Shown in pieces: positions 12,700 to 22,562 of a DNA stretch of 64,000 nt; position 1 is the first letter of the stretch; every line of letters begins with the position of its first letter. The stretch is taken from NCBI GenBank assembly GCA_000002445.1, contig CP000069.1, forward strand, positions 1,536,001 to 1,600,000, written 5' to 3'. The translations under genes and the position numbers were made by a program. Origin of the DNA: Trypanosoma brucei. Taxonomy: Eukaryota. The notes under the pieces are model-generated. The model was not told where the DNA came from and ran no database searches. It saw nothing but the letters and a program-made list of their open reading frames with translations.

Positions 12700-14460
12700 C
12701 GTATGCGCTGATGACCCTGACGATGTCAAAAGGGAGGCTTCCGAAAAATGGATTGCACGGCATTTTGCACGGAGGGGGAAGGAGCCACCGCGGCGAGAGC
12801 ACTACGAATTGTGGACTGATGGATCCGTGTCCCTCGGTGAGAAGTCCGGAGCAGCTGCCCTACTCTATAGAAACAACACGCTGATTTGTGCACCCAAGAC
12901 CTGAGCAGAGGAACTCTCATGCAGTTACAGAGCGGAATGCGTAGCATTAGAGATAGGACTGCAACGGCTGCTAAAATGGCTTCCGGTATACAGAAGCACA
13001 CCGAGCAGGTTGTCCATCTTCTCTGACTCGCTGTCAATGTTAACAGCACTGCAGACAGGCCCCCTAGCCGTAACGGACCCAATTCTAAGACGACTATGGA
13101 GGCTTCTGCTTCAAGTTCAGAGAAGGAAGATACGTATCCGACTGCAATTTGTGTTTGCCCATTGTGGCGTGAAACGGAATGAGGTTTGCGATGAAATGGC
13201 CAAAAAGGCCGCTGACTTACCACAGTTGCGAGACACATGGATCCCCGACATCATTGCTTATGCGAAGCGAGTGCTTAGATCGGAAGAAGTCCATGAGAAC
13301 ACTCATAGGTTTGGTATCACGGGCAACCACTTTCCAACAAAACATAAAGAAGAACTGACGAGGGAAGAAGAAACGGCACGGGCACGCTTTCGGGTTGGGT
13401 CTTCAAGACACTATGGATGGATGTTGCGAAAGATCAACCCGAGTGTGCCTCCACAGTGCCGATGGTGCAACCCGCAACATGCAGCGATAGGACCAACAAT
13501 ACAAACAGCCCCACCTGTTGCGACACGCACTCTTCAGAGAACCTCCGAATCAAACAAATGTACGGAATGTGATGCCACATACCAATGCCGCTCGAGTGCT
13601 GTAACGCACATGGTAAACAAACACGGCTTTGTGCGAGCTGATGCCCTCCGGAGGATCAAATACGGCGATGCAACACCCGCAGTGGATATCCCCCCGGAGC
13701 CCCCTCCAGTGGTGGCGATCGTTCCTCTACCATCGAGCACACGAGTCCCGATGAGACCGCAGGTGCTTCATTGTACCCTCTGTGCCTCCAAATTCGCAGT
13801 GCCAGGCCGACTATTACACCACCTTAGAACAATACATGGCATAGGCAGCGGTAGTTGCCGCGTGAAAAGGGGGCGAGAGAACGAAGACTCAGTGCAAGGA
13901 GATGGTAGCGTCCCAGCAGCGCCAGCCTCTCAGGATACACGGAAGCTGCCGTTTCAATGTGACTTGTGCGAGGCGAGCTTCGGTACACACTCTTCCCTGT
14001 CACTACACAAGAAATTCAAACATAAGAGCATAGTGACGGAGGACGGTACCGTGGTGTTGGTGCAATTCCCTCGTAAGCGTGCCCGTGAGGGAAACGTTGA
14101 CGTCCCGGGGAAGGGCGAGGTGCAGTGTGGTGTGTGCCAAAAAAGTGCTCAGTTGCGGGGCCTCCCTCATCCGACACTGTAAGGCTTTCCACAAAGGTGA
14201 GGGAGTCGAGCTTAAATGCAGCAAAATCACAAAATTGGGTGCCACTGATTCCCCGCATACAAACACATCCATGTTGGTGTGCCAGACAGGCGGAAGGCAG
14301 TGTGCTAGCAAAACTGGCCTCACCCTACATCAAAAGAAGATGCACGGTATGAGAGCAGAGCGCACTGTTACGAGCCAACGCGGCGACTGCAAAGAAACGT
14401 CGCTGCACCTGATGAGCTGTCCAGGTTTGAAGGAGTTACGTGTCAGGTTTGCGGTAGAGG
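12700..14460 (+). pseudogene. ingi ORF fragments: RNaseH-like and C2H2 zinc-finger C-terminal region
   Basis: 'HYELWTDGSVSLGEKSGAAALLY' is the RNase H DxxS/TDGS motif. ORF 13010-14182 carries several Cx2Cx12Hx3-4H fingers. Confidence 0.65.
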
Positions 14461-15027
14461 GTGTGTGTGTACAAGATGTATGTTTCTCTAAAAGGCTGGC
14501 GCAATTTCTCATTGCGGTTGAACGGAGCCGGCCGCAGGTGAAGTCCTCACCTAAGGTAAAAGTCATACAACCCACTCTCCCTTCTGCAACTTCCCCCTTA
14601 TTTCTGAGAGTGGAGCTAGCAGGAAAAGCACCGGACGCATGAATAGTCCAGACACCCTCAGAGACAGAGGGGGTATGCAATCAACAAGCAACAGAAACAG
14701 AAAGAGGGAGAGAGAATAATAAACGAATAACAAAAATCAAAACAAAAGGATTGCTAATTGACATCTTCGGGAGAGTCTGGGGAGGGGTTCTTTTCGCCCC
14801 ATCTGCTGTAATGTGTTCAACTGCGGAGCTACAACAAAAATTATAGAGGGTGTGTTAGGATGAATAAAAAAGGGAGACTCTGCCACAGTCGCCAGACCGA
14901 TAGCATCTCAGGGCTCTACGGTGATGGCTGATGGCCGCGCCAGTGGGGGGAAACTCTCACGAAGACACGAAGAAAATTCAAAAAAAAACGAACACACTCT
15001 TCTTCGCACCCTTGTTTGGTGGTTAAG

Positions 15028-15575
15028 TAGAGTGCTTGTCGAACATTGTACAAGGGTAGATCCCAGGGGGCGGAGAGTATCTAGCTTACACTAAGAATGA
15101 ATCTGCCTCAATGTGGCGCCAGGGTCACGTACCAGAAGAGAAATCGACTGGAAAGCCAAATGTTCCATCCAAAAGTCGGTTGCAATACTGAATATGCTGT
15201 GGCTGCTCCATGAAGAAAGAACCATTACTTAGTGTTGCACCACGGTTCAGTACCCTGCTCAGGTGGGGGAACCAAAATCCCTGACCCAACTTCCGGCCGG
15301 GGAGGCAGATGGATATGGTAAACATGGTTCAGATGCAATGTGGGAGGGATCGAATGGGCGTCAAGTGGAGACCACCCCCCTAGACACGCACACATGCGGT
15401 CTCTCACCCGTGGGTATCAATTCTCCAAAAAACAGGGAATTTCAGTGGGTAGGCACGCTGGTCTCCAGCGCTGAGTCCCACACTACCATATCGTCGTGGC
15501 GTGGTGTGCGTAAATGCATTTCCTCCTTACCATCGGGTGGACAGACTGCATGGTCCTGAAGGTTGCGCGAGGGGA
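15028..15575 (+). mobile_element. ~550-bp dispersed element, copy 1: tRNA-like segment, then a Pr77-like motif ('CTGCCTCAATGTGGCGCCAGGGTCACGTACCAG'), a body, and an A-rich end; unclassified, possibly a SIDER/DIRE-like retroposon
   Basis: It is homologous in inverted orientation to 60285-60862. The segment ~15077-15353 is 100% identical to the other copy, and the flanks are ~80-85% identical. It starts with A-box/B-box-like motifs 'TTTGGTGGTTAAGTAGAG...GGGTAGATCCC' and ends 'GGGGAAAAAG'. It sits 40 bp 3' of the ingi poly(A). Confidence 0.6.
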
Positions 15576-15598
15576 AAAAGTAACGGTTGATTCTATCT

Positions 15599-16130
15599 TT
15601 AATCAGTTATTTTAAGCATTTCATTAACCGCCTTTTCAAACTTTTTGAATTCCCAAACTCTAGCTATTATGTCACCTTTATTGAAGTGTGCTTTATAGTT
15701 TGCAGGCCACTTTAACATATGAGTTAGTTTCTTTTGTTCCTCTTCTTGGCATGTTGCTTCAAAAAAAAACATGCGCACCTCTCCATATGCTCCCTGTGAT
15801 CTGAGTTCAAAGTCAAGTACAGCCGAAGCGCATAACACTTGGTAGTCGTTACAAATATAATGGGATAAACTTGTTTCTCTTTTACTACATCCTCCTCGCT
15901 AAACTTCCCTTCATTTTCCGCAGTGTTTTGTATAAAATACCCCACAGCGGTTTCATATTTTTCTCCGTCAGTAACAATAACATCAGATCCGTCAACAGTT
16001 ATCACAATATCCTCATCAATTTTATCCTGTTTTTTAAAAATTTACATAACCCATCTAGCTCTTTTGACATTGCTATGCAAGTTTCCCATAGCAATTGTAA
16101 TAATTTTAACATGGCTTAGTTTCGCACTCA
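15599..16130 (-). pseudogene. Small-ORF family member, copy 1 (in-frame stop and frameshift); function unknown
   Basis: Minus-strand translation gives '...SAKLSHVKIITIAMGNLHSNVKRARWVM*IFKKQDKIDEDIVITVDGSDVIVTDGEKYETAVGYFIQNTAENEGKFSEEDVVKEKQVYPIIFVTTTKCYALRLYLTLNSDH...'. It is colinear with the copy at 53781-54149 and ~80% identical at the nucleotide level. Confidence 0.5.
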
Positions 16131-17232
16131 GTATGTTTCCCGTCGTGTACACTTAGAGAAATAACGTGCTTAAACACACTAAATGTAATAACAATGATAA
16201 TAGCAAAGTTTTCAAGATACAAAACTATATTCCTAATCTACATTTAAAGTTTAAAAGTGCTATAAGAAAAATATTGAAACTTTAATAGAAGATGCCATTT
16301 GCGCCAATAAGATGTTTACATATATGAGTAATTCCTTAACATAGTTATGATATATGTGCCGATGTGTGTATTATCAGTGTATGAAACTTATTTTTGAAGG
16401 CGTACCTATAATTTTTTAAAAAAACTTTACTTTCAGTAACACATAGTGCCGCACACTATGTGTATTGCGTTGCTTTGCTGCATTGACAATTAGTGCCTAT
16501 GCATTTTTATTGGAATGAAGGTATCTAGTTGCAGTGATTAATTCTAACATGCTATAAAATTTGCCACCCTCGCTTGATGACTACCTCGACCATTCGCTAT
16601 CGTCAAGTGCCTCCAATCAAAATGGTTTCCGAACTATTTATATTGTTGTTTCAATCACATCCGTAGAAGAATCTATTTATTTGTGAGTGTATTTTAGAAC
16701 ACAACCTTCTCCTATATATTATTTTCTTTTATGCTTGTTGCAGTGCATGTTTCACTCCACATTTTTTCTCATATTTATTTCCTTCCGTCGCTGCTTATGC
16801 ATATTACGCAGTGACTTCATTTAGCCTTCAAACTGTTCTTTGTCCCTGCCTCTTCCCCATCTATTTGTGTATGATGAAAGCTATCGCCACTTTTCAACTT
16901 CAAACTGCGCATATTTTATCTATATCTCCTTCTTTCTTTTCTTAAATAGCATTATTTGTGTCTTCTCCCTGTCTTAATAACTGCACCACTCATTCACTTA
17001 CTCTCATCATACCATGGTAATTTTTTTCAACGGTTTAATTTTGTCTCTCCATTCGATCACTTAAAAAAACTTTCCTCATAATGTTAATAAATGCGCTTAA
17101 AACACTCTTTTATTATTACTATTAAAATAACAGATTAGAATATCACTCATTTTTAATATTCTATCACTGTACACGTTACACCCATAGGCCACTCTCATAT
17201 ACATTTTACTATTTGGAACATTTTAATCAAAA

Positions 17233-17249
17233 AGTGTTAAATTATATCA
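17233..17249 (-). promoter_or_regulatory. VSG 3'UTR 16-mer
   Basis: + strand 'gtgttaaattatatcaa' lies ~60 bp downstream of the VSG stop at 17302. Confidence 0.6.
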
Positions 17250-17301
17250 AAATTAATTTTTTTTCGTATATTCTCTAAATATTCAAATAAATCAAATTTT
17301 A

Positions 17302-18901
17302 TTAAAATGTGCAAAAATCCTTAAACCCTTGAAATGCTACTAAATTTATAAAGACAGCAGCCATACTCAGGGCCATTTTCTTGTTGAGGAGAAAACTACC
17401 GTTTCGGCACTTTTCTGTATCCTTTTCATCTTCATTATCTTTACCCTTCCTCCATGCGCAATTTTGCTTATTGCCTGTTTTGTCATTTTCACACGGTTCC
17501 TTGGTTTGGTGTTTTGCACACCCAGTTGTGGTTGCTGTTCCCTCTTTTGCTGTCTTTCCTGTTGCTGTTAATGTGCTTTCTGTTCCTGGTTTAGATTTGC
17601 AGTGGTCTCCTTTATCCTCTGTAGTGCTAGTCCATTTGCAGTCATTGTCCGCTGTGCATGTTGAGTTTGTTTTGAGGTTGGTGCATTGGTTGTTTTGTTG
17701 AGATCCGTCTCTTTTTCTTGGGCTCGTTGCCGCCGCCGGTACAAGGACTTCGCTGATATGTTGGGGTTTTTCTAGTGCTTTCGCTCGCAGGGAGAGTGTC
17801 TTTATCGTTTCCTGAGCCAGCAGTATCTTCTCGTTGTTTTGCTTCCTAATGCTTATAGCTTGAGCCAGCTCGTACACCTTGAAAAGCCATGGCGTCTCCG
17901 TGGCCGTTACTATTTCGTGTGGCTTCTTGTTTTCCCATTTGATGCACCTGCCGTTCTCCTGCTGACCATTGCAGCTGGTTTCGTAGGCGCCGAGATAGGT
18001 GTGAGTGCCGTCGGTTGTGGTCTGATCTAGTATGCTTTCGATCGCTGCCATTAGGTCAGTGCTTATGACGGAAGTATGGTCGTCAGTTAGACACTTTTTG
18101 CCTAGACCCTTTATTGTTGCTTCGGTCGGGTTGCCGCTGTTGCCCCACGGTGTCCCGCCTTGGTTTTTGTAGCATATGTCCTTTTGATTGGCCTGAGTTT
18201 TCGTTGTCGCAGACGCAAGCTATTGCTGCCAGCAGCGTTTTTGTTGCGCCCGCGCCGGCTGTTGCAGTGCAGGCTGTGCCCCTGTTGGATCCTCCTGGCG
18301 TCGACGTGCCAAAGATCTGTGCTAGCGTTGCAGATCCGATCGTTGTTGCTCCGTTGCCTATAAAAAGTGCTTTAAGTTCCGCTTTGATGTTTGGGCTATC
18401 GATTAGGGTGTTGGCCGGTTCCGGCGGCAGCGGCGTTTTGACGATTTCCCTTGCTGTTTCTGCAAGTATCCTTACTTCTGCTTCTACTGCTTTGCGCTGA
18501 GCTGGAGTAAGTCCAGAGAAATATTTGATTGTGTTTTTCGTTTTTCCTGGTGTATCCTGTATTTCTTGAATGCTCTTCTTCCAGTCTTCCCACATTTCGG
18601 TCCAGTCCTCTGTTGCAGCTCCTGTTTTTGGCGCTTCGGTCGCCCACTCCATCGGCTTTGCTGGGTTTGCGAAAAGTGCCTGCCATTTCGAGTGTGAGAG
18701 CGTCATATTCCTTTGAAGGATCTCATAGTACTCCGGCGTTTTGAGTTGTTGCTTAGGCGGGATCTCTGGAGGTTCCATGAGTGCTCTTGCTAGCTTGCAC
18801 ATAGCCGCGAAAGCTCCTGAGTTTTGACCTGCGTGCACGTTTTCTGCTTCTGCAGCAGATATTGCCATGAATGTTGCAGCAACTAGTGATTTATACGTCA
18901 T
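17302..18901 (-). pseudogene. VSG pseudogene (type-B N-domain; frameshift or stop between N- and C-domain)
   Basis: ORF 18083-18901 reads 'MTYKSLVAATFMAISAAEAENVHA...PAKPMEWATEAPKTG...' and is a signal peptide plus N-domain. Its last ~30 aa are out-of-frame junk. ORF 17302-18051 is the C-domain and ends '...DKTGNKQNCAWRKGKDNEDEKDTEKCRNGSFLLNKKMALSMAAVFINLVAF', a GPI signal. Confidence 0.8.
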
Positions 18902-20681
18902 GTGACGTAGCTTCGACTTAATCCTTGATTATTAGAGCCTTGGTTTCATGTGGGTGTGCTTTTAGTGCAGGTGCCGCAGTGAACGCTAGTCATTTCCAGT
19001 ACATTTTGGTACCAGCCGCAGTGAGTTTGTTGCTTGGTGCGTATAGTCATCTCACTTTTAGTGAATTAAGCAATAGTTTCACTAGCATTTTTGCTGTGGA
19101 AAGGCTAGCTTCCTCTGTATCTTTGAATTTGAGCTGATTTTGAGTGTCTAGCATTCGCTGAAACCGACTCTGTTCACTTCACTTGTTAGGCACCTGGGCC
19201 GTTCACATTTGCACTCAAGATAGTGTTTTTTTTCATCAGAGGACACTTGATTGCACATCTGTTCTTTGTCATCTCTAGTGGTTTAAATATTTTCCATGGA
19301 AAACTGAGGTGTCGCTTTAAAGCTCAAACAATTTATGATATTTATACATTAGCCTTTATAGTCCACAGAAATGAGTCAATACCTTTCAGCTTAATTTCTC
19401 TCATGAAAAACAAGAAATTGGCGGATTATGATGTCATGTTGTTTTGCTTGTTTCATTGTCAAACATTAGAGTTCTATCACCAGCTCTCTTTGTTCGCTTG
19501 AATTGAGTAGACAGATTTCTTTTTCTTCTAGGTTTGGGTAGGTTTTATTTCCATTTTTGTATATACAGAGTGGATCTCTGCCGTCCTTTTTGCGATCGAC
19601 GCCGCTATTCCCCTCCCGCATCTTGGTGCCAAGTTAGCCTTAAATATTCTTGAATGGTTTTTGTAAATTAGCTCAAGAAGTTAATCCTTGTGTGTTACAC
19701 TGCTGAACCTCTACCTGCAACTATTGTAATACGTCTACTCTCCGTCTGCGGTCTAATTGCTGCTGTAAGCTCCATTTCTTTTTAATCCTTTTTGATTTGC
19801 TTTAAACTTAAAGATATGAAAAGTTTCAGTAAGTGGATGAAATTTTTTCTACAATGTTACTTCTAGTTGAATTTCTGCGTGCTAAGTTGGATAAGATAGT
19901 GCTCTCTTAGGTCATCTTATCTCTAATATACCAAATATTTCATTAAACTCACTTCCCGGAAATTTTATGTGCCTGAATATAGACAGCGACAAAGTGCTTG
20001 GTTCTCTCTCTCATAACTTTGCCGCACTGGCCGTAAGTAGGTGTCACTAAAACTTAATATCTGTAAGCTGCATTGTGATAGAACAATAGCTTTGTTACTA
20101 TTTGTTTTCGGCTTTCATACATTTTACCCCTTCCTGTCATGTTTTCTAAACGTGTTGCTTCTTTGTGACCTTTGTGCAAGTTGGGGTTCAATTATCAGCT
20201 AGTCTGTTCTTGGTTTCTCCAGTGATTTTTGTAATAACAGTCAAAGATGACTTTTAGACGATTTATGTGTCTTCATTAGCTAAATTGTATGCTTTAAACT
20301 TTTCCGTTCCCATGAAAGTATTTTAAATAGAAACAACGCATTCTTAAAAGAAGTTTTGAGAGAATATTGGTGATTCTGTCTTTAGGTTGCTTATTACTTT
20401 CACTGGTTTTGTGTTGATTCCAGCGACTTCATGTGGCATATACACTAGGCTGTTTTCCATAATTTTTTATCCATCATCTCTCCGTGTATGATGATACTTA
20501 TTGTCATGTTTGTATTTAAAGTTCCGCATATTTTATCCCCTCCTCTGTCTTTCTTTGTCTCCTTAATAAATAATATTCCTCTTTCTAAAGAATCCTTTCA
20601 CTCACTTATTCTTATTTCGCCCTTACAGTTGATTTCACTTCTTCTATTTTGACATTCAATTTAGACTTTAAAAACACTCTT

Positions 20682-20785
20682 ATTGTAATATTACTATATA
20701 CACACTCACAACACTCTCCTATCATTATCATTTTTATTATCATCATTACTTTTCCTATAAAATCCTTATTATTATAGTCCTAACT
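20682..20785 (-). repeat. 70-bp repeat block
   Basis: 'attactatatacacactcacaacactctcctatcattatcatttttattatcatcattac' is a near-consensus core. Confidence 0.8.
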
Positions 20786-20945
20786 AATATTCATCAACTA
20801 AAACAAATAAATCTAAATTAGAACATCACTAATTTTCCATATCCTTCCATTCTACTATTTTATATCCATAAATGGATACCTTACAAAAATATCAATTTTT
20901 CAAAGATTTCAAAAGTTCCATTAATTTGCACATTTTCATGGAAAA

Positions 20946-20961
20946 GTGTTAAAATATATAA
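20946..20961 (-). promoter_or_regulatory. VSG 3'UTR 16-mer
   Basis: + strand 'gtgttaaaatatataa'. Confidence 0.6.
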
Positions 20962-20999
20962 AATATCTGAAAATACCATGTTTTATAAAATCTCATGAA

Positions 21000-22562
21000 T
21001 TTTAAAACAACAAACTCAAAAAAAAAAGCATTCATCAGAGTCAGTTTCTTATTTAAAATAATACTGGAATCCTTGCAAGTTTCACCTTCTCATTTGCCAT
21101 TTGTGTGACCTTCACATTTTGCCTTATAAGTTCCGTGTCTTGCACAACCAGTTGTCGTTCTTCCTGCACCAGCCCGTGCTTGTGTTGCTATTTGCTCTGC
21201 TGCTCTTGTATTCAATTTGCAGTGGGGACCATCGTCGTCATTTTCGCTTTTCCATTCGCAAGCCGGCTTGTTTTCTCTGCACTCACCTACTTTGGTTATT
21301 GCTTCGCATTCTTTGTTGGTTTCTTCTAATGTTTTCGTGGACTTCACAGTTTCAGTGCCGCGAGATTGTTTTATTTCCTTTGAAAGTTTTACTTGCGTGT
21401 TATGCAAGTGTAGTAAATTCGTTAGGGTTTTGTTTAAGCTGTTTATTCTCTCCATCAGTGACGCTTTGTGCCGTGCTGCGCCAGCTTCTGTGTCTAAGGC
21501 CGCCGCTGCTTGCTGAAGCGGTTCCAGCCAGGCTGGTCTGTTGCTGCTCGTCGCCGTTTTGCCATAGTTGACACATGCACCTTTGCCGGAGTTGTCATTG
21601 TTTCCGTCGCAGTTCCCGGCTGTTGCTGAGCCGTGTGTGTCTCCTAGGTATCCAATTTTTTGGTCAGTGCCGTGCGGAGCGTTTATGAGTTGCGCTACCT
21701 GCCTGATGGTCTGCCTGATGTCGCTCGCTGAAATTTGGGAGTTTGTTGGATCGAATTGCTTGCAGCCTGCTTTGAGCTTTTTCCAGGCCGCTGCGTGGTT
21801 GAAGTCGGCGCCGTTGTAAGTTACCGTTGCCGCCCCGTTTGCTAAGCAAGCCTTGTTGTCCGTCGCGCTGTTTGAACCGCAAATACAAATTAAATCTTCC
21901 GCTATCGATTTACCCGCCGCTTTCCCGGCCGTTTCTACTTTTCCGCAGGTGGTCTCTCGATCCGATGCTGCGTCAGTTAGGTGCACTGCATCGTCTGTTT
22001 CTGCGTTGCCCAGTGCCGCTGTCTTCAAGAGCTCTTTGCTCGACTTCCCTGCTGAAGTTTGAGGTTGATGTTTGTATCGCTCTATTGCGTTTTTTAACAG
22101 TTCCACTGTTCTGTTGATTTCTGGAAGCATGGTGCTCGGGGTTTCAGTGTTTCTTATTAGGTGGTCGCCAAGCGTATCCCCTCTGCTTTTCAAGTATTTT
22201 GCCGCGTCAACACAGTCGGTTGCTTTGTCCTTGCCGCAAAGTTCTTCCAGTTTTTCTTTTGGGTTCTTCAGCTCTGCTGCCTGGTCTGCCGCTGCCGCTA
22301 GCGAGTTTAGACTGTCTGTGTCGCGAAGGTAGAGCTGCAGGAGCTTGGCTGTTTTCGTCGTGTCTTCATCGATTACTCCTGTACTCGTTGCTTGTGGCGT
22401 GTTTTCTAGGGCGTTGACCACGACGCAGAGTGTGCCGTATAGGGCCGTATTTTCTCCTTTGCTCAGCTCTGTTGCTGCCACCGGCGACCACAGATTTGCT
22501 GACACGATTATTGCCGTTAACGCCATGATATCGAATGCTACCTTCAAAGTTTGTGGCTTCAT
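21000..22562 (-). pseudogene. VSG with a single premature TGA (Trp codon to stop) immediately before the GPI-signal block
   Basis: ORF 21090-22562 (490 aa) reads 'MKPQTLKVAFDIMALTAIIVSANLWSPVAA...' and ends '...CEGHTNGK*'. The same frame continues 'EGETCKDSSIILNKKLTLMNAFFFEFVVL'. The codon is 'aaa tga gaa ggt gaa', where paralogues have K-W-E-G-E. Confidence 0.8.

Larger units (their letters stand above)
9739..14988 (+). mobile_element. ingi non-LTR (LINE-like) retrotransposon, ~5.25 kb, degenerate (pseudo-ingi)
   Basis: The 5' end is 'CCCTGGAGATGCCGGCCACCTCAATGTGGTGCCAGGGTCCAGTACCCCGTATCATCGGGGGAAGCCAAG', the Pr77 hallmark. The coding potential is split over + strand ORFs 9764-10195, 10239-11462 (APE-like endonuclease), 11387-12496 (reverse transcriptase, 'FFADNLTLL' = FADD-like), 12500-12904 ('ELWTDGSV' RNaseH motif), 13010-14182 and 14079-14642 (C2H2 fingers, for example 'HCTLCASKFAVPGRLLHHLRTIHG'). 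It ends '...GAAGACACGAAGAAAATTC' + A9 at 14980-14988. The length matches ingi. Confidence 0.85.

Noticed and set aside
12726-13238. A 170-aa minus-strand ORF inside the ingi
   Set aside because: It is antisense to the ingi RNaseH region and has no recognisable domain. It is most likely a chance ORF.
14989-15027. Target-site duplication of the ingi
   Set aside because: The 10-12 bp on either side (9727-9738 'ctatctgatac' and 14989-15000 'cgaacacactc') do not match. No target-site duplication could be supported.
15028-15100. A bona fide tRNA gene at the head of the 550-bp element
   Set aside because: A-box and B-box-like motifs are present. By eye I could not build a complete cloverleaf with 7-bp acceptor and 5-bp T stems. 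The two copies also differ extensively in the anticodon-arm region. It is reported only as tRNA-like or tRNA-derived.
16130-17230. A 70-bp repeat upstream of the small-ORF copy 1
   Set aside because: Only weak similarity around 17090-17160 ('ttattattactattaaaataacag'). There is no 'cacactcacaac' core, so it is not called.
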